DNA of 64,000 bases, from IMG/VR virus record IMGVR_UViG_3300008110_000322, positions 4,494-68,493 of that record; one strand, 5' to 3'. This stretch comes from a virus. Below, in pieces: positions 1 to 11,500 of the stretch. Below the pieces are notes generated by a model. It did no database searches, was not told the origin of the DNA, and saw only the letters and a list, made by a program, of their open reading frames with translations. Position 1 is the first letter of the stretch, and the number at the start of each line of letters is the position of its first letter. The position numbers were made by a program, and so were the translations under genes.

Positions 1-183
1 GAAGAAATTCGTTACGGGAACGATCCGAAGAGTTATTTCATTCCCTATCGGTACAATAAATTTGGCTTATGGGAAAATTTTCCCAATTGCGGGGTATTTC
101 TAACTTACGATGAGGCCCTTGAGGTTATTCAAAAAAACCATGTGATTAAAGTCAAGACCTATACTGTAAGTTTACCCGATTGA
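1..183 (+). CDS. hypothetical protein (3' part, begins before window)
   Basis: Frame is open from base 1 (EEIRYGNDPKSYF...SLPD) to TGA at 181-183, tightly packed against the next ORF. Confidence 0.6.
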   Translation, partial: EEIRYGNDPKSYFIPYRYNKFGLWENFPNCGVFLTYDEALEVIQKNHVIKVKTYTVSLPD

Positions 184-185
184 CC

Positions 186-389
186 ATGCAAAATCTGATT
201 GAAACCATTGATCACTTCATCAAAGAATGTGAAATTGAAATGGAGTCCATTTCTTGGGATATCAGGGAAGAAACAAACTACGAACTTAATGCTATTGATT
301 ACCTATCGGAACGGTATGATCATCATAAAGAACTCTTAAATGATTTGAAAACAATCAGGATGATTCTGGAGACTCAATCATGCTCCTGA
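186..389 (+). CDS. small acidic hypothetical protein
   Basis: ORF track 180..389; the ATG at 186, just after the upstream stop, is the likelier start. Confidence 0.6.
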   Translation: MQNLIETIDHFIKECEIEMESISWDIREETNYELNAIDYLSERYDHHKELLNDLKTIRMILETQSCS

Positions 390-445
390 TACTTTCATTC
401 TTTATTTTGTTCGGTCTGTTTATGTTCGTTCTTTCTTTATTCTAA
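380..445 (+). CDS. 21-aa hydrophobic micro-protein (single transmembrane helix)
   Basis: MLLILSFFILFGLFMFVLSLF*; fills the gap exactly, and its TAA overlaps the next ATG (TAATG at 443-447). Confidence 0.5.
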   Translation: MLLILSFFILFGLFMFVLSLF

Positions 446-810
446 TGTTCAGTACACCTGTTAAAGGATCCAATATCAATGGCACCAAACTTTCTTGGTG
501 GCGTTATTATATCCATCATTGCCTTGGCACTGGTTGGCAGTCCTTCCGGCTAGCATTCATCAGTTGGCTAGATCTTGTGTGGTTCACCGACAACTGGAAA
601 CAGTATGCCCTTATTGAATGTGGCGATGATCCATTTGAGAGCACCAGAGATTACTTCTGGGATACGCTAAATGAAGATGAAGTTCTTGATAAAGAATTTC
701 TTGAATACCTAGAGCAGCTATCAGCAGATGTTCAATCTGGTAAGGTAGAGACTATTGCATGGGAAGATGTAGAACATTTCTTTAACGATGACACGCTATC
801 AACGAAATAA
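445..810 (+). CDS. hypothetical protein
   Basis: 121-aa ORF in a tightly coupled run; acidic C-terminus. Confidence 0.65.
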   Translation: MFSTPVKGSNINGTKLSWWRYYIHHCLGTGWQSFRLAFISWLDLVWFTDNWKQYALIECGDDPFESTRDYFWDTLNEDEVLDKEFLEYLEQLSADVQSGKVETIAWEDVEHFFNDDTLSTK

Positions 811-937
811 GCCCTATTGGTCCTTCTGGAAAGTTATCTTTGCCGGTTGGATCATTCGCTATCCGGGAGTGTTCTTCCGCATCTTTGGTATCCCTATTGG
901 GATTCTACTTGTTTATATTATTCAACACTTCCGATGA
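788..937 (+). CDS. 49-aa putative membrane protein
   Basis: MTRYQRNKPYWSFWKVIFAGWIIRYPGVFFRIFGIPIGILLVYIIQHFR*; ATGA overlap with the next gene at 934-937; not in the ORF track. Confidence 0.6.
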   Translation: MTRYQRNKPYWSFWKVIFAGWIIRYPGVFFRIFGIPIGILLVYIIQHFR

Positions 938-1194
938 AACTATTTTCTTTTAGAACCTGGGACGATTTTGGTTTAGAAGTCAGACTAAAGTTGCTAAAGT
1001 TTAAACCCTTTACAACTTTTGCTGCTGAGCTACACCATTCCTGTTATTTTGACTGGAGGGAACCAAACATCTCAGTTTCTATTGGGTTATTGGGCAGAAG
1101 CAATTTATTTGGTATTAGCGTTCATGCCTGGAATATTTCAATGCATTTAAGTCTGTTTCAATGGAATCTTTACTACGATAAGGCCCTATACTGA
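934..1194 (+). CDS. hypothetical protein
   Basis: In-frame ATG at 934 (MKLFSFRTWDDFG) coupled to the upstream stop; the track start at 817 is probably too long. Confidence 0.55.
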   Translation: MKLFSFRTWDDFGLEVRLKLLKFKPFTTFAAELHHSCYFDWREPNISVSIGLLGRSNLFGISVHAWNISMHLSLFQWNLYYDKALY

Positions 1195-1198
1195 CCCT

Positions 1199-1205
1199 CT
1201 AAATA
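1199..1205 (+). promoter_or_regulatory. T4-type late promoter (CTAAATA)
   Basis: Intergenic copy of the motif that recurs before structural genes. Confidence 0.65.
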
Positions 1206-1245
1206 GCGGCACCTGACAAACATCATTTAATAGGTGCTCTAATTT

Positions 1246-2139
1246 ATGGCTAAAAAAGGATTTAAAGTAAAGACTGTTGAACCAAAACCGAAGCAAGCGG
1301 TAGAGTTTGATTATGATAAAATCAAGCAAAAAATGCGTGGTAAGACTATTGTATTTTGTCTTCCCGGTAGATCATGCTCCTACACTTTTCTAAAGAGCTT
1401 TGTGTCTCTTTGTTTTGAGATGGTTCAAAATGGCATGAGTATCCAGATCTCTCAGGATTACTCTAGCATGGTGAACTTCTCAAGATGTAAGGTTCTTGGT
1501 TATAACGTAACTCGCGGTAAGCACCAGAAGCCATGGGGCGGCCAACTGGAGTACGATTATCAGCTATGGATTGATAATGATATTGTATTCAACCCTCAAC
1601 AGTTCTGGCAACTCTGCGATTCTGCTATTTTTGATGAGCCTCTAGCTGATACCGCAACTGTTGAAGAGTGGCCGCTCTGCAAGCTGTCTACTCAAGAGCT
1701 AGAATCCATGGATGAATGGGATATTGATGTACGTAAGGAAAAGATCCGCCGCATGAACCTTGAGGGCTACCCAATCGTTTCTGGTTGGTATGTGACCGAA
1801 GATCGGAATACTACACCCGTTGCCCATTGGATTGACGATGGTGAAGAGTTCATCCGTAACGGTGGTACAATGAAGCACGAAACCATTGAAACAATGGCTC
1901 GTCGCACCAAAGTATTCCCAGCAAGCTTTGTTGGTGGTGGTTGGCTCCTTATTCGTCACGGTGTTTTTGAGAAAATGGAGTATCCAGTATGGGGACCTAA
2001 GATTCAGGCATTTGATAACGGTATTACTGATTATTGTGGTGAAGATGTTGGCTTCTGTCTAGATGCAAAAGAACTTGGCTTCCAAGTTGCGGTTGATCCA
2101 AGAGTAAGAGTTGGACACGAAAAGAGTCAGATAATTTGA
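1246..2139 (+). CDS. GT-A fold (GT2-like) glycosyltransferase
   Basis: WIDNDIVF (DxD), GGGWLLIRHGVFEK, GEDVGFC and VDPRVRVGHEK motifs. Confidence 0.8.
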   Translation: MAKKGFKVKTVEPKPKQAVEFDYDKIKQKMRGKTIVFCLPGRSCSYTFLKSFVSLCFEMVQNGMSIQISQDYSSMVNFSRCKVLGYNVTRGKHQKPWGGQLEYDYQLWIDNDIVFNPQQFWQLCDSAIFDEPLADTATVEEWPLCKLSTQELESMDEWDIDVRKEKIRRMNLEGYPIVSGWYVTEDRNTTPVAHWIDDGEEFIRNGGTMKHETIETMARRTKVFPASFVGGGWLLIRHGVFEKMEYPVWGPKIQAFDNGITDYCGEDVGFCLDAKELGFQVAVDPRVRVGHEKSQII

Positions 2140-2150
2140 TCATTTTAATT

Positions 2151-2714
2151 ATGACTGAATATGAAATAAAAAACTGCCCAGGTTATTATTTTATTTTTTC
2201 CGAAACCGGGGAGGTCAGGATTTATAGTTCTTGGTCTCTCGGTATGACCAAAGGAAGGGATCACACATCAAAAATAATTCCCGGATTGCGTAGAGAATTG
2301 ACATTACAAACTAATAATGGGTATAAAATAGTTGGCCTAAAAAAGGAAAGAACAAAATCAAAAAAGTTTAGTGTTCATCGCTTAATAGCAGAAACACTTA
2401 TACCAAATCCCAACAACTTAGAATGTGTTGACCATATAGATGGTAATAAACAAAATAACCACCCATCAAACCTACAATGGATAACAAGAGGCAAAAACGT
2501 TCTAAAAGCACAAGAGATGGGGATTTGGGGAACCCCGCCAGCAACCTATCAAATTTTTTACGAAAGTGGACATGTTGAAATAATAACTAACATAAGTGAG
2601 TTTGGTAGAGATAATAACTATCAAGCATCAAAGTTAGTAGCAGTTTCAAAAAATAAAAGAAAAAGGCATAAAGATGTGGTAAAAGTAATTAAACTGGAAG
2701 AAGTTAAACAATGA
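2151..2714 (+). mobile_element. free-standing HNH homing endonuclease
   Basis: VHRLIAETLIPNPNNLECVDHIDGNKQNNHPSNLQW is the HNH_3 signature; AT-rich; ATG at 2151. Confidence 0.85.
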
Positions 2715-2718
2715 TAAA

Positions 2719-2862
2719 ATGCCCTTAAACATCTTATACGACAACAGAATAATCTACAATAACCTAACAGAAGAAGAATGTGCAGACGTTCTTCTTGAAC
2801 TTGCAGAACAATCCTATGAAGGAAAACTTGATCCAAATCTAATTACTATGGAGGAAATTTAA
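2719..2862 (+). CDS. 47-aa acidic hypothetical protein
   Basis: MPLNILYDNRIIYNNLTEEECADVLLELAEQSYEGKLDPNLITMEEI*; TAATG coupling to the next ORF. Confidence 0.65.
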   Translation: MPLNILYDNRIIYNNLTEEECADVLLELAEQSYEGKLDPNLITMEEI

Positions 2863-3008
2863 TGGCAAAAATTGGTAAGACTATTTCTGGTGGCACTCTG
2901 ATTCAATCTAAGCCCAAAAAGAGTGCTCAAGGTCAGGGAAAGAATTCTAAGTTCTCAGCCCGATCAAACAGCCATCGGAGCAAGAAAACCCGAGGACAAG
3001 GTAAATAA
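2862..3008 (+). CDS. 48-aa highly basic protein
   Basis: MAKIGKTISGGTLIQSKPKKSAQGQGKNSKFSARSNSHRSKKTRGQGK*; GGAGG RBS upstream; followed by a terminator. Confidence 0.7.
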   Translation: MAKIGKTISGGTLIQSKPKKSAQGQGKNSKFSARSNSHRSKKTRGQGK

Positions 3009-3014
3009 TAAGTT

Positions 3015-3039
3015 AGAGCCCAAAAATGGGCTCTTTTTT
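3015..3039 (+). terminator. Rho-independent terminator
   Basis: AGAGCCC-aaaaat-GGGCTCT followed by a T-run. Confidence 0.8.
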
Positions 3040-3055
3040 AATGCAAAAATACCCG

Positions 3056-3062
3056 CTAAATA
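3056..3062 (+). promoter_or_regulatory. late promoter (CTAAATA) for baseplate operon
   Basis: Motif directly after the terminator and before the 3085 ORF and g25. Confidence 0.7.
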
Positions 3063-3084
3063 ACAAGATAGATACTATAAAAAT

Positions 3085-3216
3085 ATGTCACAATTACTAC
3101 GAGAAGTACCCAGAGACAAGGCCACTGCCATTAGTGAAGATACCGACCTTGAGCTATTTGAGCTTGATGAGGTAGAAGATAAGAAGAAAGAAGATGAAGA
3201 TCTTCTGATTGGCTGA
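3085..3216 (+). CDS. 43-aa acidic hypothetical protein
   Basis: MSQLLREVPRDKATAISEDTDLELFELDEVEDKKKEDEDLLIG*; lies between the late promoter and g25. Confidence 0.55.
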   Translation: MSQLLREVPRDKATAISEDTDLELFELDEVEDKKKEDEDLLIG

Positions 3217-3221
3217 ATAAA

Positions 3222-3623
3222 ATGCCAGTAGAGCGCCTTAGCCAAGGTTTTCAGGACATTAGTATGACCTTTAAGGTCAACCCTTTAACAAATGACCTGA
3301 TCACTTTAAAAAATGAAACATCCATTGCCAGGTCCGTAAGGAATCTGGTTATGACACTTCAGGGTGAGGTTTTCTACAATCCTATTGTTGGTAGCCGTGT
3401 ATCTCGGCTACTTTTTGATAATATGGATGCTGCTACTTCAGACCTATTAAAAGATGAAGTAACCAGAACTATTAAAAACTATGAGCCACGGGTTGATCTA
3501 ATTGCAGTTGATGTAGAACCCAACTTTGATAATAATGAGTATAATGTGAGAATATCCTATTTCATCGTAGGCATTGATGTGCCAGCCCAACAACTATCAT
3601 TCGCTCTAAAGCCCACTAGGTAA
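3222..3623 (+). CDS. g25: baseplate wedge subunit gp25
   Basis: DISMTFKVNP...SIARSVRNLVMT..GE...IKNYEPRV gp25/GPW motifs; position before gp6. Confidence 0.92.
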   Translation: MPVERLSQGFQDISMTFKVNPLTNDLITLKNETSIARSVRNLVMTLQGEVFYNPIVGSRVSRLLFDNMDAATSDLLKDEVTRTIKNYEPRVDLIAVDVEPNFDNNEYNVRISYFIVGIDVPAQQLSFALKPTR

Positions 3624-5534
3624 ATGTCCCTAACTAAGTTTACTAATCTTAACTTTGACGAACTAAGAACGTCCATTAGGGATTATATTAGGTCAAATTC
3701 AAACTTCACTGATTATGACTTTGAAGGTAGCAATCTTGCTACCATTGTGAACATTCTTGCCTATAATACCTATATTTCATCTTATAATGCCAATGTAATC
3801 TCTAATGAAGTATTCATTGACTCTGCGACCCTAAGAGAGAATGTAGCTTCCCTTGCAAGATTAGTTGGTTATGTACCCAGAAGTATAACTGCCCCACGGG
3901 CGAAAATTTCATTCTTTGTTGATCTGAATAGCCTATCAATCAGACCACTGACGTTAACACTTAAAAAAGGACTGGTTGCTGGTACTAAGGTATCATTTGG
4001 TGGGCTCAATTTTACCTTCTGTATTCCTGCGGACATTACAGTACCTGTAGTTAACGGAATCGCTTCTTTTGATGATGTAGATGTATATGAAGGCACATTC
4101 ATAACTGAATCCTACACTATTGACTCTAATAACCCAAACCAAAGGATTATTCTTAGTAACCCAAAGATTGACACTTCACTATTAACAGTTACCGTAAAGG
4201 GTACTGAGGCTGACAACTCAGCACAAAAGTACATGATGGTTGAGGATCTATTTGACATTGATGGTAGTTCTAAGGTTTTCTTTATTCAGGAAGTAGAAGA
4301 TCAGAGATATGAATTAATCTTTGGTGATGGTGTATTCGGTAAGAAGTTAGACAACCTAAACTTCATTGAGGCATCTTACATCATTACGAATGGCCCTGCT
4401 GCCAACGGTATTTTTGAATTCTCTTTTGCTGGCAGACTGTTTGATAACAACGGTAGAATAGTCACATCCGACATTTCTTCTATTACTACTGTTCAACAAT
4501 CAAGCAATGGTCAAGATATTGAAGATGTTAATACCATAAGAAAGTATGCTCCAAGGTTCTACTCTACCCAGAATAGAGCAGTAACCCCAAGAGATTACGA
4601 AACTATTGTTCCAAGAATCTACCCTGAAGTGGAATCCATTTCCGCCTTTGGTGGTGAAGAGATGGATCCTCCTAGATTTGGAAGAGTTTACATTTCAATC
4701 AAACCCCAGAACGGTAGATTTGTTCCCAACTCTATTAAAGACAACATTAAAAGAGAATTAAGAAAATATAGTGTCGCTGGTATTGTTCCCGAGATTATTG
4801 ATCTTAAGTACATCTATGTGGAGTATGATTCCGTTGTTTATTATAATTCCAATAGCACCTTGAGTCCTAATGATTTGAGTACAATTATTTTAACTAACCT
4901 AACCAGATACTCAAAATCCAATGACTTAAACCGCTACGGTGCAAGGTTTAAGTATAGTAAGTTCCTTAAGCTAATTGATGATAGTGATGTTTCTGTTACC
5001 TCCAACATTACTAAGATCTATATCAGAAGAGACCTGAGAGCAAGTCTCAATCAGTTTGCATCCTATGAGATCTGTTTTGGCAACCAGTTCTACATTAATT
5101 GTAATACAGGATTCAATATTAGGTCTTCAGGTTTTACCGTTGCGGGTATTCTTGATACTCTTTATCTTTCCGATATTCCAAACCCTGATGGAAGAACCGG
5201 AAACATCGTATTCTTCAAGCTAACAGCAAGCGATGAATATAAAATCGTAAAGCAAAAAGCAGGTACTATTGATTACGAAAAGGGAGAGATTAAGCTATTC
5301 CCCGTAAACTTCACGTCTACTGTAAAAGTTGATGGTGCCGAAAGTATTGTTGAGATTTCTGGTGCTCCAGCTTCTAATGACGTTATCGGACTTCAGGATC
5401 TTTATTTACAATTAGACGTTAATAATAGCGTGTTAAATACAGTATCTGACTTCATTTCTTCTGGCAGTAATACATCTGGAAGTAATTTTGTCCAAACATC
5501 AAGCTACAATAACGGTAAATTAATCAGAGCATGA
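3624..5534 (+). CDS. g6: baseplate wedge subunit gp6
   Basis: FTDYDFEGSNL, FIDSATLRENV, FGDGVFG and QNRAVT..DY motifs. Confidence 0.95.
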   Translation: MSLTKFTNLNFDELRTSIRDYIRSNSNFTDYDFEGSNLATIVNILAYNTYISSYNANVISNEVFIDSATLRENVASLARLVGYVPRSITAPRAKISFFVDLNSLSIRPLTLTLKKGLVAGTKVSFGGLNFTFCIPADITVPVVNGIASFDDVDVYEGTFITESYTIDSNNPNQRIILSNPKIDTSLLTVTVKGTEADNSAQKYMMVEDLFDIDGSSKVFFIQEVEDQRYELIFGDGVFGKKLDNLNFIEASYIITNGPAANGIFEFSFAGRLFDNNGRIVTSDISSITTVQQSSNGQDIEDVNTIRKYAPRFYSTQNRAVTPRDYETIVPRIYPEVESISAFGGEEMDPPRFGRVYISIKPQNGRFVPNSIKDNIKRELRKYSVAGIVPEIIDLKYIYVEYDSVVYYNSNSTLSPNDLSTIILTNLTRYSKSNDLNRYGARFKYSKFLKLIDDSDVSVTSNITKIYIRRDLRASLNQFASYEICFGNQFYINCNTGFNIRSSGFTVAGILDTLYLSDIPNPDGRTGNIVFFKLTASDEYKIVKQKAGTIDYEKGEIKLFPVNFTSTVKVDGAESIVEISGAPASNDVIGLQDLYLQLDVNNSVLNTVSDFISSGSNTSGSNFVQTSSYNNGKLIRA

Positions 5535-8500
5535 GCAATAATAGGGTCAAGATTAGTTCTATTGTCCAGAACCTCGTACCTGAGTATGTAAAAGAGGATT
5601 ACCCTCTTGCAGTAGAATTTCTGCGACAGTATTACCGTTCTCTTGACTCTGAAGGTGGAGTTCTTGATATTCTACAGAATATTGACAAATATGTTGATGT
5701 TGATCATCTTACAAGATACAACGATAGCACTTTATTAACTGAAGAAGTTACTTATTCTGATGACGTAATCAACGTTGTCTCTACTGTAGGATTCCCTGAT
5801 AGATGGGGTCTGATTAAAATCAACGATGAGATTATCTCTTATGAAAAGAAGACTGAATCTCAATTTATTAACTGCTACAGAGGCTTCAGTGGCATTACAT
5901 CTTATAGATCACAGGATAATCCTGAAGAATTAGTATTTGAAGAGACCGCTGTTGCTGAGCATTCTGTTGATGATGTAGTTGAAAACCTTAATGCTAACCT
6001 CCTAAAGGAATTCTTTAAGAAGCTAAAGACCCTCATTACCCCAGGATTTGAGGAAAAAGATTTCTTTACCGGATTAAATGAATCTTTATTTGTTAAGCAA
6101 TCTGGAGATTTTTATAGAACAAAAGGCACCGATAGCTCATTCAAAATTCTATTTGGGGCTCTTTTCGGTAAGAAAGTAGAGGTTATCAAACCAAAAGATT
6201 TTCTTATTGAGCCATCTGCAGCACAGTATCGTATTACTAAGGATCTCATTGTGGAGGCCATTGAGGGCGATCCAGAGACTCTCATTAATGCAACCCTGTA
6301 TCAGGATCAATCTGATTTCCTTAATAACTCAAGTGGTTCTATAACTAAAGTTGAAAAGATAATCCGGGACAATAAAACTTATTATGTCATCAGTCTTGAC
6401 TATGATTACAATAAGGACATTACAGTATCAGGCAGTGTATTTGGTGAATTTAATATTCACCCAAAAACTAAAATCGTTAATGATGTTCCAGTCAATAGCT
6501 CAGTAATTGATGTTGATTCTACAGTCGGATTCCCTAATAGTGGTGAACTCTCTGTAGTGCTAGAAGATGGAAATTCATTTACTGTAACCTATGATTCAAA
6601 GAGTGTTAATCAATTTTATGGTTGTACTGGAGTAACCGTACAAATCCCAGCAGAAAATGAAATTAGCCTTAATGTATTTGCTTATGGTTATTTTGGGTCC
6701 TCCATTGTAAAAGTTAGAATTACTGGAGTAATTTCAGATCTAGTAATTCCTAAAACCAAGTATTATTCCAAGGGAGAAACTGTAAATATCAGCAATCTTG
6801 GTTATTCTTCCATTGATGAAGTAAGACTGGAAAACTGGCTCTATAATTTTTCAATCGTTTATGATGTAAAGGATATCACTTTAGTTGACGCTTCCAACTT
6901 CTCTTATAAGGTAGAGGTTTTTGATGTTCCTTCTTTCAACTTGGGTGATAGGGCAACCATCATCTCTAACACTGGGGAAATTAATAGTCAGGTTCTGATT
7001 GAACAAGGCTCCGTTATTTCATTTGATGATAAGACTAGTTTCATCATCGGGGGACAGGGAGAACTGGATCTAAATTTGACTTATAAGATCCGAAAGAATA
7101 TCTCTAAAGCTAATTTTAGAAATTATCCTTTTGTTAACGTTTATAATACCAACGTACACAATACTTATTTTGATCCAGACGATTCTGCAGTTTATATTGC
7201 TGCCGCATCTATTCCAACTTATAATCAAGAGCAACTGGATACCAAAGATGGAACTATTCTAATTGATGGGTTCTTTACTGGAGATACTTTATCTGTTGGT
7301 ACTCATTATTTTTACACCGGAGATTCCGTAACTTACAACTCATTCCTAGAATCCAGCGAGTTGGAAAGTGGAATCTACTTTGTACAGAGAGTTTCTGCTA
7401 ACCAGATAAAAATTGCTCGCAGTAGAAACGATATCTACAATAATAGATTCATTGAATTCAGTGGGCAGTTGAATGGACTGTTGACCTTTAGTTCTGCAAC
7501 TGGTGATTTCTTTGTAAACAAGTCTCTTTCTACTCAGGACATTATTCGCAAGATTCCTGCCAGTGTTTCAAAGAACATTGAAGGGAAGAAGACTGAGCCT
7601 GGTTATATTGGCATTTTCAACAATGGTGTTGAGCTTTTAAACTATAAGTCCAGAGATCTCATTTATTTTGGTGGCATTGAATCAGTATCGGTAACTGCTG
7701 GAGGTAAGGGGTATGATGTAGTTTCCCCTCCTAATATCACTGTTTCTGATGAGGTTGGTTTTGGAGCTACCGTTTATCCTGCAGTCAAGGGTAATTTAAC
7801 TGAAATTCAAGTTGTTGACCCTGGATTTGATTATATTGATAGACCAAAAGTTGTAATCAGTGGTGGTAATGGTAAGGACGCTACCGCAGAAGCTAATTTG
7901 GTTAGTTTCGTTCATAACGTTCAGTTCTCTGCCAGCTCTGGTGTTAATACTGCAACCAATGTCATCACCACTATTGAAGATCATAAGTTCAGGGAATATG
8001 AGGAAGTATTTTATTATTCCGAAAGTCAGACCTCTGTTGGTGGTTTGGTTTCTGGTAACTCATACTTTATTGATGTACTCTCAGCAAATAGCGTAAAAGT
8101 TTATCCTACACTAAATGATGCAGTAAATCAAACCAATCCAATTGATCTAACTTCACTCGGTAACGGGAACCATATTCTAAGAGCAAAAAATAAAAAGAAT
8201 AAAATTCAGTCTATTTCAATAAAGAATTCAGGATCTGACTATAAGAACCGTAAATGTGTAATAAGTTCAGCAGGAATCAATACTGCATCTAATACATTTA
8301 ATATTCCTGATCATTTGTTCTCAGATAAGGAAATTATAACCTATTCAACAACAGGAACGCCACCAACAGGTATCAGCACTACCCAAGAGTATTATGTAAA
8401 AGTAGTTGATGATAACAACATAAGACTTGCTGGTTTCTCAAGTGTTGGTAATCAGGATTCAAATTATGTTAATAACATTTTTGTTGATCTGAGTGATTCC

Positions 8501-11500
8501 GGCAGCGGGGACCACATTTTTAATCATAAGCCAATAGTGGTCTCTGTTATTGGTAATGTTGGTGTATCAAGCTATTCTTCTACGGATGCGGTAGCTCAAG
8601 TACAGCCTATTTTTACTGGTGAGATTTATTCCGTATTTGTTCATAATCAGGGGTCTGACTATGGTAGTGAGGGTATTATTAACTACAATAGACAACCACA
8701 GTTCTTAGTAGATACTGGGTCAACCGCTCAAGTTAAGCCAATTATCTCAAATGGTAGAATAGTTGACGTTATTGTTCTTAACTCAGGCAGCAACTATACT
8801 AGCCCACCTGAGCTAATCCTTGAAGGTGACGGTAGCGGGGCGACTTTCACCCCAATCATTAATTCCGGCATCCTTGAATCTGTTCAAGTTAATTCAACTG
8901 GGTCTGGTTATACTGCTGGTAAAACCTTTATTGAAGTTGTAGCTCGCGGTTCTGGTGTTCAATTCTTTGCTAACGTGAAGCAATGGCGGATTGATGTTGT
9001 CAGTCGTTATATTAATTCTGGTCTTATTACCGAAGATGATGGTATTATCTCAGACAGCGTAAAAGACAACGGATCTCTTCAGTATGCTCATGCCTATGCC
9101 CCAAGAAAACTGAGGGAAATAACTCTTGCTAAGAAGATCTTTGATGGTAAGATTTTCTTTAACACTGATATTCAAAACGATTATAATACTCAAAAGTATC
9201 ACTCCCCAATCCTAGGTTGGGCCTATGACGGTAACCCAATCTATGGACCTTATGCATATCTATCCCCAGAAGGTGGTGCTATTACAGCTCTAAGATCTGG
9301 CTATGAGCTAATTGCTGCAGAGAACAGACCTTCACCTAGCCTGTATCCAGTTGGATTCTTTGTTGAGGATTATGCCTTTACAAATTCTGGTGACCTAGAT
9401 GAAAATAATGGTAGATTCTGTATTACTCCAGAATTCCCAAATGGAACTTATGCTTATTTTGCAACAGTAGAAATTGACTCCATTGAAGATGCTGGTCCAT
9501 TTAATGGGTATCGTAAGCCAGTATTCCCTTATGTTATTGGAGAGTCCTTTAAAAATACTCCTATAGATTTCAACTTTGATATCGCATCAAATCAAAGAGA
9601 TTTGGACCTTAATGACACAAATTGGCTCAGAAATACAAGGTATTATAACCTATTTGAAGAAAATTCTGATTATAAGTTCTTGTTTAATCCAAACAAGGTA
9701 AAGTCTCAGATTTCTAAAGTAAGAACTATAAACAAAGGAAATATTCAAAATATTGATATTGTTTCTGGTGGATCTGGGTATTCAGTTACAGACAAGATTA
9801 CCATTGATAGCAGCAACACTTCTGGGCGGAATGCTCGGGCTGTTATTTCAGAAATTAGTGGTAAACCTGTAACCTCAATTAGTGTTGCAACTAGCTCTAT
9901 TGAAAACGTAGAGGTATTACCCTATAACAACTCATTTATCGGTATTGCATCCCTACCTCATAATTTTGCAAATAATGATCTTGTCACTGTAACTACCAAT
10001 TATGAATACAAGCAAGTTCAAAGTATTGGAGTTTCAACTAATAACCTTATTCTCACTAGTGATGTAAGCCCCTCTTCTGTTACTGGTATTGTCACGTATT
10101 TTAATGTAGTAGGCAATTTGTCATTCCCAAGATTGAAGGAGAATGATATTTACTATGTTGGTAGTGAGCAAGTAAAGATCTTAAAGGTAGATACCACTTC
10201 CTCCCGCATTCAAGTAGAGAGAAATATAAACGGAACAACAGGCGTATCCACTCACCCAGCAGGACTTAATCTATTTGAAAGAGCTAATAAGCTAACATTG
10301 AATGTTGGTATTCTTACAAATTACACATATAAGGCCAATAGAGAATACTACTTTGAGCCAAAGGAATCCGTTGGGGTTGGTACAACTTCAGGTATTGGCA
10401 TTGCACATACTTTGTTCTTTGCAAATCCTGGTGTTGGTATTAGCTCCATCGCCATTCCGACAAGGACAATTTACATCCCAGGCCATGACATTAACACTGG
10501 AGATATTTTAACCTACACATCTAACGGAGGAACTGTACTTTCTATCTCTACTAATGGCGTAGCTAGTAATAACCTCAATAACGGAACTAATGTTTATGCC
10601 GCCAAGATTTCTAACGAATTAATCGGTATTGCTCTTGAAAAGGTTGGTATTAACTCACAAGGAAACTTTGTTGGCCTGGCAAATAGCAATATCGGGCTTC
10701 TGTATTTTACTGGTATTGGCACTGGAGTTAAGCACAGCTTTAAGACCAATTACACCGGAAATATCTCAGCAAAAGTAGGGAAAAATATTGTAACCGTTGT
10801 CACGGAATCAGACCCTGAACTAAGGGCAAATGATATTGTTGATGTTGATTGTAAGTCTGGAATTACCACCTCAGTAAAAATTCAGTACAATGATTACAAC
10901 AGAAGACTAGTCGCCAATCCCATTGAATTTACTGCGGGATCTGTAAGTATTGTAAACAATACCATCGGTCTCACTAATCACAACTTAACACAAGGACAAA
11001 AAATCATCCACACCTCTTCTTCTCCTTGTGGTGGATTAGTGGATCAAAAGATTTATTATGTCCAATTTATTGATTCAAATACCATTAAGTTCACTAATAT
11101 TCCTTACGAAGAAGGTGACAGTAATATAGAAGTTGTCAATATTACTACAGCTTCCTTTGGTACTATTCTTCCAGTCAATCCTCCAATTACCATTTTCAAG
11201 GATTCTATCATTGAGTTTGATCTTTCTGATCCTTCATTGTCTTTCGTTCAAAATGCAGTAAGCTACTCCGCATTTGATTTTGTTTTCTATGTTGATTCGG
11301 ATTTAAGTGATAAATTCCAATCAACTGAGAACTCTCAGACTTTTGAGGTTCAGAAAACTGGTGTGATTGGTATTGATGGTGATGCGAAGGTTACATTAAC
11401 TATCAATGGAAATGTACCCAATGTACTGTACTACAACTTAATGCCTACCGATCTTGCTATTAATGAGGCAATTAAGAATGAAATTATTGTAGATGATTTA

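Noticed and set aside
817-933. 5' extension of the ORF-track gene 817..1194
   Set aside because: Overlaps the more plausible 788-937 ORF; the ATGA coupling at 934 gives a better start
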